A stretch of DNA of 17,844 bases from Candidatus Wolframiiraptor sinensis (GCA_023261815.1 JALNKA010000019.1:1-17844); one strand, 5' to 3'; numbered from the stretch's first letter, positions 1 through 7,895 are shown. The notes: generated by a model not told the origin, from the letters alone. Made by a program: numbers and translations.

Positions 1-57
1 CCACACTTGATTGAACTGGGAAAGATTGAGGATTATCCGGCAAACCCTATAAAATAG
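1..57 (+). CDS. Possible 3' end of a gene entering from the left (…PHLIELGKIEDYPANPIK*)
   Basis: Frame 1 is open from base 1 to TAG at 55-57 and stops 3 nt short of the tRNA fragment. Too short to identify. Confidence 0.3.
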   Translation, partial: PHLIELGKIEDYPANPIK

Positions 58-60
58 ATA

Positions 61-95
61 ATCCTGCGCCGTTGACCAGGCTTGGCTACCCCCGC
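61..95 (-). tRNA. Orphan 5' half of a tRNA gene (tRNA-Leu-like): att-site remnant or split-tRNA half
   Basis: Minus strand reads GCGGGGG-TA-GCC-AAGCCTGGTCAAC-GGC-G-CAGGA-T, i.e. acceptor 5' strand, D arm and anticodon-stem 5' strand typical of archaeal tRNA-Leu. Similarity ends at the anticodon loop, and bases 1-60 contain no T arm or 3' acceptor strand. Confidence 0.8.
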
Positions 96-313
96 CCCCA
101 TCATAATTTTCCAGCTAGGATTATTTGAATTTTTCAACAATCACGATTCATAATATTTCTAAAGGCTGGGGATGAGGGAAGGATGGCGTGGGAATGGGTT
201 TAACATGAGCGCTATGATGTGTTCTGGGAAAGATCTTCCCGAAATTCATCGGACATTCGATCATGACTCTCTCAACCCAGTTTAATGGGCATTCTTAACT
301 ACTTTCATCATAA

Positions 314-721
314 TTATGAACTACCATGCCGAAGTATTTGCTCGATCTCCGAAGATAATGCATATTTGTTGAATGATCCCTCCTTTAGGGCTACGATGAC
401 CCCGCGCGAGCTCAATTTTTTCAACAGCCTGTAGGTGGCCGACCTGCTCATCCCCGTCAAATTGCTTATCTCGGTAAGGCTTAGGCCCCCCGGACTATGT
501 AGAAGGACTTCAATTATCTTCGCCTCGCGCTCGTTAAAAATGAGCGACACAACATCTTTTCTACTCATAACGGCTTTATCAGTGCTTTTCGAGATCATCC
601 TTGTTAGCCACATGGATGAAATAAGAAGCAGTCCAACAATCAGGAGAGAAACATTCCCCATTATCCCCACGATCGCGCAAAAGATCCCGACGACGAGAAA
701 CAGGTAATTCCACAAACTCAT
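314..721 (-). CDS. Membrane-anchored winged-HTH transcriptional regulator (about 2 N-terminal TM helices plus TrmB/IclR-like HTH)
   Basis: Hydrophobic N-terminal ~40 aa; C-terminal 'EREAKIIEVLL…LSLTEISNLTGMSRSATYRLLKKL..RGVI' HTH pattern; RBS-like GGAGTAGG before the ATG. Confidence 0.75.
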   Translation of the reverse strand: MSLWNYLFLVVGIFCAIVGIMGNVSLLIVGLLLISSMWLTRMISKSTDKAVMSRKDVVSLIFNEREAKIIEVLLHSPGGLSLTEISNLTGMSRSATYRLLKKLSSRGVIVALKEGSFNKYALSSEIEQILRHGSS

Positions 722-756
722 AACCTACTCCCTACGAGTAAGAGAATAATTTGGAT

Positions 757-1080
757 TCAATCTTGCACCACCAGAATTGTTGTAGCGCTCACACCATTAT
801 TCGCGCCGCAAATAGGATCCTCCGCAAGAGATGGGTGCCGCACTATGCCGATATATCTTCCTGTTTGAGATGCTTTTGTCTGCAGAATTAGATATTTAGT
901 TACTACAGCATTCGGTGGTTGAATCTCGATAAAGCACCCAGAATCATAAGTCCAAAACCCGTCTGATGTTTTCGCGAATTCTCTATATGGTAAATTTGTG
1001 GAAATTATAGAGGGCTTTTCTAGCCTTCCATCAACTTTCACAATAATGATGAAGGTAGCATGAACTCTTCTATTCATCAA
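757..1080 (-). CDS. Hypothetical beta-strand-rich protein (Ig-like fold possible), possibly N-terminally truncated
   Basis: 107-aa ORF with alternating hydrophobic strands and 2 Cys, co-oriented with and 35 nt upstream of the TM-HTH gene. Confidence 0.5.
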   Translation of the reverse strand: MMNRRVHATFIIIVKVDGRLEKPSIISTNLPYREFAKTSDGFWTYDSGCFIEIQPPNAVVTKYLILQTKASQTGRYIGIVRHPSLAEDPICGANNGVSATTILVVQD

Positions 1081-1205
1081 TTTCTGCTACCCACTTAAGG
1101 CTATATGAATCTTTACGTTTTCCAATTTATGAAATGATTTTTCCGCAAATTGATACGGGAGGTGATTAAATAATTGGGGAGGGCTCGAAGTTTGGAGTGG
1201 GGGCG

Positions 1206-2117
1206 ATGATGACGCCGGTATCTTCGGTAGATAGTCGTAAGGCTTTGAAGGTCTTCTTGGGTAGTATAGGTTTTCACTAGCATTAATCACCGGCTTGAGT
1301 TCACTCGCTGGAATTAGATCAGATGATTCAGATGATGAGGGAGATAGTATAAAATGCTTGCCTCCTGGATGTGTAGCGATTAAATCCGGTCACAGCATTA
1401 TAGCTGAGAACATTAGGTATGAGCCGCCATTGCGGAGATTTTTTCCAAAAGCTGTCCGCCATGGCTGAGAAATCCTTACAGCAGAATGGTGAACATGTAT
1501 TTACGCTCGGTCTTTGTTGATGATTGCCAGCTGCCGAAATACATCTTCGTTACGTGGAGAGAAATCGATGGGGCAGTTAAAGTTGTGGGACGCGGCCCTA
1601 TAGAAGTGATAGTGCTGGAAAAAAGAAGAGGTGAAAAGAGGATAGAGGTGGTTAAGGTTAACGATGTGGAATACGTGGTTAAGCAGTCTCATGATCAGTT
1701 TCCGCCTTGATGAAGGGTGTGCCCGGAGTAACGCGATCATCAAGCGTTATATGGGTTTCCAACTGGACTCAGGAAGAATAGTGGTGCACCGGATTATTAC
1801 TAGCATACGTTAGAGCTGAAGGCGACTTCTATGTAAGCGTAGGCAGCGTCATCTTGGCCGTCCGCAATAAATCAGGAGATTATATCGCGGCAAGCTCATT
1901 ACAATGCTACTTTAACACTTGGGTTGAAGGCGTTGGAACACCCTATGCGCAGGTAACCGCAAATGGAAAATATATCACATGGGCCCCTCCATGCGGAGCC
2001 TGTCCTTTCCAACAAGGTAATGCTGCATTCATCGCCAGAGCCGGATTAGATGCGAATTTGAACTACTATAATGATGGATTGGGCAATATATCACAGTCCC
2101 CTTGCATCGGTTGTTAA
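1206..2117 (+). pseudogene. Fragmented gene for a ~300-aa secreted precursor with a Cys-rich C-terminal domain
   Basis: Four consecutive segments (ATG 1206-1274, ~1274-1444, ~1444-1707, 1707-2117) are each offset by -1, with an in-frame TAG at 1779-1781. The joined product starts with a signal-like MMTPVSSVDSRKALKVFLGSIGFSLALITGLSSLAGI and ends …PPCGACPF…SPCIGC*. Confidence 0.55.
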
Positions 2118-2268
2118 GCTATTGTTCTCTTGGGCTTTTGGGATGAAGGTTTTCAGACCATATATTGGCTGGCGGAGGCCTGCATGCGCTCTAGATGATG
2201 GGCGGCTGGGGAAGCAGAAGGTTGATGCTAAGCAGGTGGTGATTGAGGAAAAATGTTGTAGGGGTTGT

Positions 2269-4509
2269 TTAGAGGAGCCCGTGTAAGAGCCAGAGCATGT
2301 AGAGGGGTATGAAGACCAGCGAGATGGTGTTCAGCAGCTTTATCAGGATGTGCAGGGATGGGCCGACGGTGTCCTTCAGCGGGTCTCCGACCGTGTCTCC
2401 GACGACGGCCGCCTGGTGAGCTGGAGACCTCTTCCCTCCCAGGTTCCCGGCCTCGATGAACTTCTTCGCGTTATCCCAGGTAGCTCCTCCCCACATCATC
2501 ATTATCGCGAGCGGTATCGTTGATGCTGTTGCGCCGATGACGAGCGCTCCGACTCCGGGCCCTCCGAAGAGGAGCCCGATGATTAGCGGCGTGAGGATTA
2601 TCGTCAAGCTCGGCGCCAGCATTCCCCTAAGAGCGTGCTCCGTCGCTATTGAGACAGCTCTATAGTAATCTGGCCTTCCGCTGCCATCAAGCAGCCCGGG
2701 TATCTCCCTGAACTGCCTCCTAACCTCATCGACCATCTTGAAGGCTGCCTGAGTGACGACCTTAAGGGTTATTCCCGAGAAGAGGTATGGCAGGAGGGCG
2801 CCGATCAGGGCCGCGATTATTATTCCAGGCTTTATCAGTATCAGCTCGTTGAAGAAGGCTGCCATGGAGTCGAGGAGCGCTGAGGGCGTCAGCGTCGTTA
2901 TCCCGACCTCCCTCGCGACGTAGTCCTGGATGAATGCCTGTAATAGGAGGAGCGTCGCTATCGTTGCCGAGCCCATCGCGTAGCCCTTCGTGAGCGCCTT
3001 CGTGGTGTTTCCCACAGCGTCGAGCGGCTCGAGGTTATCCCTGATCTCCTTGCTGAGGCCGGACATCTCGGCGATGCCGGCTGCGTTATCGGTTATCGGG
3101 CCCGCGCCGTCGAGGGTCATCACGATCCCGGTGAGCGAGAGCATTCCACGCGTCGCGAGAGCCGTTCCGAACACTCCCTTGATGAAGTCGGTCAGCCAGC
3201 CTTCTCCTATGCCGCTTATGTGCATGAGTTTACCGCAGAGGAATGAGATGCCGAGAGCCGCGGCTATTATGATTATCGGCTCCGCCACCGCTCTCATGCC
3301 GACTGAGAGGCCTCCGAGGATGTTTAGGGCCGGCCCGCTGGCCGACGCATTCGCGACCTCCCTAACCACTCTGCTCCTCATCCCCGTGTACCTGTTTGTC
3401 GAAAGGACTACTAGGGTTGCTCCGATTATTCCCGCAGCTCCAGCCCCGAGCATGTAGAGCCACTGGGCTGGGAAGAGCCAGTAGACGACGCCGGCATATG
3501 CTATAATGGAGACTATGGCTGTCACTACTATGCCGAATGCGAATGGCTCGAATGGCTCCCTGAATCTTCTGTAGGATAGGATGGCGGCGAGCCCGGCGAT
3601 AGTTGAGAGGACTCCGACGGCTCCTATTGCGAGCGGGAGTACCATGAAGAGCGGATCATGGGTCAGGACGTAGAGAACCCACCCGATAATCATTCCTCCG
3701 AGGGTTTCAGCTGTGACAGACTCGAATATGTCGGCACCTCTACCAGCGCAGTCTCCAACATTATCCCCGACCTGGTCGGCGATGACTGCCGGGTTTCTCG
3801 GATCATCCTCCGGTATCCCGGCCTCGAGCTTCCCGACGAGATCCGCGCCTATATCCGCGGACTTCGTGTATATTCCTCCTCCGAGCTGCGCGAAGAGGGC
3901 TGAGAGGCTTGCGCCGAACGCGAAGCCTGCCAGAGCGTCGAGAACCATCCTGAACTCGATCATCTCCGGGAGACCGGCGGCGAGGGCGGAGTATACGAGG
4001 AATAGGATCGCGAGACCAAGGAGGCTTAGGCTATACACGGAGAAGCCGAGAACACCTCCGCCCAATATCGAGACTCTCAGCGCCGCGAGGCTACCGCGCT
4101 TCGCCGCCTCAGCAACCCTGACATTCGTCCTAGTCGAGGCATCCATGCTGAAGAATGCCGCCGCGACCGATGCTCCGCCACCGATTAACGTCGAGAGACC
4201 CGTCAAGAATGCTTCTCGAGCAGCTATCCCTGGATCGACATTCATCGCCGCCGTGTAGATCGTGTAGATCATTATGCCGATAATCACGGCGAGCCCGAGC
4301 GTGAACAGAATTATCGTCCTGATCTGCTTGCTCATGTAAGCCTTGGAGCCTTCCCTGATCGCCTCCCAAACCCTTATCATCTCGCCGCTTCCCATCGGGT
4401 ATCTCCGGACGAGTGCGTAGAGGAATATGGCGGCGATGACGCCGATTATGCCGAAGCCGATCGCCATCATCACGACCATGAGTGGTAAGCCGGAGAGCAG
4501 CATACCCAT
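2269..4509 (-). CDS. hppA: Membrane-bound proton-translocating pyrophosphatase, K+-independent type
   Basis: Motifs GGGIYTKSADIGADLVGKLEAGIPEDDPRNP, DQVGDNVGD, GNTTKA (Lys at the K+-determining position), GDTVGDPLKD; many TM helices; GGTGA RBS. Confidence 0.97.
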   Translation of the reverse strand: MGMLLSGLPLMVVMMAIGFGIIGVIAAIFLYALVRRYPMGSGEMIRVWEAIREGSKAYMSKQIRTIILFTLGLAVIIGIMIYTIYTAAMNVDPGIAAREAFLTGLSTLIGGGASVAAAFFSMDASTRTNVRVAEAAKRGSLAALRVSILGGGVLGFSVYSLSLLGLAILFLVYSALAAGLPEMIEFRMVLDALAGFAFGASLSALFAQLGGGIYTKSADIGADLVGKLEAGIPEDDPRNPAVIADQVGDNVGDCAGRGADIFESVTAETLGGMIIGWVLYVLTHDPLFMVLPLAIGAVGVLSTIAGLAAILSYRRFREPFEPFAFGIVVTAIVSIIAYAGVVYWLFPAQWLYMLGAGAAGIIGATLVVLSTNRYTGMRSRVVREVANASASGPALNILGGLSVGMRAVAEPIIIIAAALGISFLCGKLMHISGIGEGWLTDFIKGVFGTALATRGMLSLTGIVMTLDGAGPITDNAAGIAEMSGLSKEIRDNLEPLDAVGNTTKALTKGYAMGSATIATLLLLQAFIQDYVAREVGITTLTPSALLDSMAAFFNELILIKPGIIIAALIGALLPYLFSGITLKVVTQAAFKMVDEVRRQFREIPGLLDGSGRPDYYRAVSIATEHALRGMLAPSLTIILTPLIIGLLFGGPGVGALVIGATASTIPLAIMMMWGGATWDNAKKFIEAGNLGGKRSPAHQAAVVGDTVGDPLKDTVGPSLHILIKLLNTISLVFIPLYMLWLLHGLL

Positions 4510-4611
4510 ATATCACCGGTCGCCTAAACCGCAGAACCCTCTACTCATAAACCTTAGCCTCTGCCAATAATGTTAAAATTCGAAGCATGGATGTTTCCCT
4601 TGAGCGAGGTC

Positions 4612-5727
4612 GTGAAGCTCTCCGGCGTAACGGATCTGCCGCTTCACGAGGGCAGGGCTCCAGCCTGGCTGATGGCTAGGATGAAGAAGATGGCTTATGC
4701 GGTCGTGAAGGTCATCGTGGATGATTATGGGAGGAGAGAGTTTCTCCGGAGACTCAGCGACCCATACTGGTTCCAGTCATTTGGATGTGCCCTGGGCTTC
4801 GACTGGCACTCGAGCGGGCTCACGACCACCGTGGTGGGAGCCTTGAGGGAGGCCTTGAGCTTGAAGGTGCATGGCGTCGCGGTCGCCGGCGGAAAGGGCT
4901 CGATGAGCAGAAGGGTTCCGGAGCAGATCATGGGCTCCGGGCTTGATGAGGATAAGGCGGCGAGACTTATCAGGGCGAGCAGGCTCGCGGCGAAAGTTGA
5001 TAACGCGGTGCTCCAAGATGGCTACCAGATCTACCACCACGCGATAATCTTCACAGAGGATGGCGAGTGGGCCGTCATCCAGCAGGGCATGAACCCGGAT
5101 CGGGGCTATGCCAGGAGATACCACTGGCTCGGCGAGAGGGTTAAGTGCTTCGTCGTGGAGCCGCACTCGGCGATAGCATCCGTGAGAAGGGAGAAGGCGG
5201 TCTTGAACATGGTCTCGAGGGAGAGCGAGGAGGCGAGGAGAGCCTCGGTTGATCTCGCCTCGGAGAAGCCGAGCACCCTGATAAGGCTCCTGAACATCGC
5301 GGCGCGCGGACAGGAAACTCTAACAGCATTCATCGGAGATGAGATGGATCTTCAGGTCACGAGGCTTCCGAGCTTCCTGAAAATGCCGAGGAGAATAGAC
5401 TGGAACGCGATAAGAAGGGCGTATGAACTTAGGCCGAGAAGCTATGAAGAGCTAGTCGAGATAAGGGGGATCGGGCCGTCCACGATCAGGGCCCTCGCCC
5501 TAATCTCGGCACTGATCTACGGCGCTAGGATAGACTGGAGGGATCCCGTGAGGTTCACGTTCGCGGTCGGAGGGAAGGATGGCGTCCCATACCCGGTCTC
5601 CCGGAGAACATATGATGAGGCGATATCATTCATGCAGCAGGTCTTGGAGGAGGCTGAGCTCGGCTCGGATGAGAAGAAGGAGGCACTGAGAAGACTTCTG
5701 CAGCTCGAGAGAAGTCTATACGGCTAG
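4612..5727 (+). CDS. DUF763 family protein
   Basis: Motifs DLPLHEGRAP, LSDPYWFQSFGC, DWHSSGLTT, VQQGM-like IQQGMN, ARRYHW, HhH-like GIGPSTIRAL and GGKDGVPYPV. The GTG at 4612 follows GAGGT and fits the usual family N-terminus better than ATG 4570. Confidence 0.92.
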   Translation: MKLSGVTDLPLHEGRAPAWLMARMKKMAYAVVKVIVDDYGRREFLRRLSDPYWFQSFGCALGFDWHSSGLTTTVVGALREALSLKVHGVAVAGGKGSMSRRVPEQIMGSGLDEDKAARLIRASRLAAKVDNAVLQDGYQIYHHAIIFTEDGEWAVIQQGMNPDRGYARRYHWLGERVKCFVVEPHSAIASVRREKAVLNMVSRESEEARRASVDLASEKPSTLIRLLNIAARGQETLTAFIGDEMDLQVTRLPSFLKMPRRIDWNAIRRAYELRPRSYEELVEIRGIGPSTIRALALISALIYGARIDWRDPVRFTFAVGGKDGVPYPVSRRTYDEAISFMQQVLEEAELGSDEKKEALRRLLQLERSLYG

Positions 5728-5978
5728 GTGCCGTTCTCCCAGGAGGCCCACGTGATTGATGGGCCGCGCCTCGCGTAGATCTTCTTCGCGTATCTCGTGT
5801 GCCCGCATGTGAACGACTTGCAGTACTCGCAGTAGAGCTCTCCCCTTATTATGCTGACCGGGACTATCTCGCCCAAAAGCTTATCCACCACGTTTACCCT
5901 ATCGGATCTCGCGGAGAACATCTCAAACCTATCTCCGGCGTAATCCTCCACCCAATCCGCGATCAGGGATGCTATCAT
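5724..5978 (-). CDS. Small SWIM-like zinc-finger protein (C-x2-C-x4-C-x-H)
   Basis: LYCEYCKSFTCGHTRYA motif; ATG 5978 preceded by GAGGGAGG; stop overlaps the DUF763 stop in CTAG. Confidence 0.7.
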   Translation of the reverse strand: MIASLIADWVEDYAGDRFEMFSARSDRVNVVDKLLGEIVPVSIIRGELYCEYCKSFTCGHTRYAKKIYARRGPSITWASWENGT

Positions 5979-6015
5979 CCTCCCTCTTTTCACGCCTCTT
6001 ATCAATGCTCCTGAC

Positions 6016-6336
6016 GAGCGGCTCCGGCAGCTTGAGCTTAACTATCACGCGCTTGACCTATTATCATCGAGGGCTTATGTTAGGAGGGCTCTCGAGCGCA
6101 TGGGCCGAGCGAAGCTGAGGAGCGCGGCATCCATCGTCGAGAGGGTCGCGAGATCCAAGATTATGAGCGCGGATAAGATTCGGAGGATAAGGAAGCTTGC
6201 CCGCGAGGCCATAATCGAGACGCTAAGCATGATTAGGGCCAAGCCCGAATACCTCATCTGGAGAAATCCGGCGATCCCGTCTCCAGTCGAGGAGGTGCTC
6301 GGAGAACCGGCTCGCTCAGAGACCGCGCGGCCTTAA
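6016..6336 (+). pseudogene. 5'-truncated C-terminal fragment, probably of a COG2401-like GNAT acetyltransferase-family protein
   Basis: The frame is open well upstream of ATG 6100 (ERLRQLELNYHALDLLSSRAYVRRALERMG…) and ends …IRAKPEYLIWRNP…. Its start aligns with ERLRILGLD in the convergent fragment at 6378-6569. The family assignment is from memory only. Confidence 0.45.
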
Positions 6337-6377
6337 TCCCGCAACGCGGCGCCCACTTTCAGCCAACCCTCTTACGG

Positions 6378-6569
6378 CTATATTCTCAGCTCATCTTCGA
6401 GATCGTGGAGGTTGAGCCGCTGCGGGTCAAGCCCCAGAATTCTCAGCCTCTCGAGGAGCTTCTCGACCTCCATCAGCACCCTCGACTCGTATTCTATCCT
6501 CCTCATCCCGGCTTTCTCGAAGAATGGATTGTATCTCGCCATGACCGCGAGCGCCTCGACGAGGGCGCC
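6378..6569 (-). pseudogene. Internal fragment of a COG2401-like (ABC-ATPase-associated) GNAT acetyltransferase
   Basis: Translates to GALVEALAVMARYNPFFEKAGMRRIEYESRVLMEVEKLLERLRILGLDPQRL…*. VE-x-x-A-x-MARYNPFFEK is characteristic of this family. Bounded by TGA upstream (6570-6572); the N-terminal acetyl-CoA-binding part is absent. Not in the ORF track. Confidence 0.7.
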
Positions 6570-6600
6570 TCAACTCCATACTTCACTTTGGGGTGATTTA

Positions 6601-7124
6601 GTGGTGAAGCGTATTGGCGCGGAGACCGGACTGCCAATAGAATGCGCCCGAGAAGATCAAGACCACTATCAGGAAACTCGAGGAGGAGAATGAAGAACTA
6701 ACGTCGAGATATTAAGACAAAGGCTTTCGAAGATCAAAAGCGGAAAATTGGGTGTAATTAAGGAGGATGGGAGCGTGAAGCTCATTCCCAATGATCAACC
6801 GATCGCCGAATTAAACTTTGATGAGGAGTTCAAACCGATTCGGCCAAACACCATGACGATCGGTACAAGCGACAATTATTTGAACGACGTCATCATGGCG
6901 AATATTAAATGTGGCCTCGAGCCTTGCGGATAAGGAGATCATAGGAGACGTGGATGAATTATTCGTGAATATCAAGCTCCCGAAGCCGAAAAAGTATAGG
7001 CACAAGCTCGGAAAAGGAGATGCTGGAGGTATTCAGGCGCGGAAGCGGACACGACTTAAAAGCCCTGATGGCCTACTTGGTATGGAAGCTGTCGAGCATT
7101 GAGAACAGCCTCCAAAAGCGCTGA
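6601..7124 (+). pseudogene. Frameshifted viral tail-fibre-like protein with C-terminal intramolecular chaperone (peptidase S74-like) domain
   Basis: GGTGA RBS plus GTG at 6601. Five segments, joined by shifts near 6647, 6700, 6908 and 7008, give coiled coil…PIRPNTMTIGTSDNYLNDVIMANINVASSLADKEIIGDVDELFVNIKLPKPKKYRHK…EMLEVFRRGSGHDLKALMAYLVWKLSSIENSLQKR*. Confidence 0.65.
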
Positions 7125-7174
7125 GCCGCCTGAAACCCTAAATAATCACTTCTAAAATTATGGGTATGAAGCGA

Positions 7175-7276
7175 GCCGGGGTAACTCAGCCTGGTAGAGT
7201 GCGGGGCTCATAATCCTCTAGAGGCTGGTTAGAGGATGGAACCCCGTTGTCCCGGGTTCGAATCCCGGCCCCGGCA
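7175..7276 (+). tRNA. tRNA-Met(CAT), elongator-type, with a 28-nt intron
   Basis: Acceptor GCCGGGG/CCCCGGC plus discriminator A; D stem ACTC/GAGT; anticodon stem CGGGG/CCCCG with loop CT-CAT-AA; T arm CCGGG-TTCGAAT-CCCGG. Intron at 7213-7240 or 7214-7241 with hairpin CCTCTA/TAGAGG. CCA not encoded. Confidence 0.95.
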
Positions 7277-7637
7277 CATTTCACGGAAAGATTAGAAAAT
7301 TGGAAAATTAAGCGATCATACCTAGTGATCACGTGATTACAAGCTTGAACCCGCCCAGAGAAAATGCAATTATAACTTTGATGAGCTCAAATAAGGATGC
7401 GGTGGCGGAAAATAGAGAAACTTAATAATTGATATCGGTACTGTTGCATGGCTATAATTCGTGTGGTGGGATAGGGGTAGAAAGAGGATTTCCCCTCGGA
7501 GATGTTAAGTGTTGCTGCGAAAACCGTTACACCATTCATTTTCGCTACTATCGTTGGTATGGGTCCTAAAATTATTACCAGCATTAAAGCCGCTGCAAGC
7601 TATCTAACAACTACGATGAAAATGGTTTTTGGTGAAA

Positions 7638-7784
7638 ATGAGTCTACCATTCATTTATCAGGATCCAATAATAAGCTTGGCGATTATAGGCATACTGTCA
7701 GCAATCGCGGTTGTTATCAACTTCATTGACTTCACTCACCGCCACCATCGGCCTCAGCAATCCTATACTAACGGGCGATCCTAG
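7638..7784 (+). CDS. Small single-TM hypothetical protein (48 aa)
   Basis: GGTGA RBS-like motif just upstream; MSLPFIYQDP-IISLAIIGILSAIAVVINFI-DFTHRHHRPQQSYTNGRS*. Below the ORF-track cutoff. Confidence 0.45.
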   Translation: MSLPFIYQDPIISLAIIGILSAIAVVINFIDFTHRHHRPQQSYTNGRS

Positions 7785-7861
7785 TAGAATAATGAATATA
7801 AGGGATATTAAGATATAGCATAGGATACCCATATGAGTAGGGCCGGAAGCTGTATGGAGAG

Positions 7862-7895
7862 TCTTCTCCCAAATATATCTTCTCCCACAAATATA
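7862..7895. repeat. Imperfect tandem duplication TCTTCTCCC(AC)AAATATA x2 just downstream of tRNA-Arg
   Basis: Units at 7862-7877 and 7878-7895. Confidence 0.75.

Larger units (their letters stand above)
5724..7174. mobile_element. Degraded provirus/integrated-element remnant at the 5' side of tRNA-Met
   Basis: Cluster of gene fragments including a tail-fibre-like pseudogene directly next to a tRNA. No integrase or att duplication seen; boundaries approximate. Confidence 0.5.

Noticed and set aside
1087-1290. 67-aa Ser/Pro-rich minus-strand ORF
   Set aside because: Low complexity and antisense to the signal-peptide segment of the reconstructed plus-strand gene.
757-1781. Amber (TAG) recoding suggested by in-frame TAGs at 1087-1089 (-) and 1779-1781 (+)
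   Set aside because: TAG is the normal stop of several conserved genes here (DUF763, rpoL, dph2, nfi, the CdvB paralog), and the same region also has frameshifts, so decay is the simpler explanation.
2071-2286. 71-aa ORF bridging the pseudogene and hppA
   Set aside because: Overlaps both neighbours and has no recognisable motif or RBS.
2456-5333. Shadow ORFs within hppA and DUF763
   Set aside because: Antisense or alternative-frame artefacts of GC-rich, well-supported genes.
1206-7124. Frameshifts as sequencing error
   Set aside because: All housekeeping genes in the window are intact and the lesions are confined to accessory patches, which favours real pseudogenisation.
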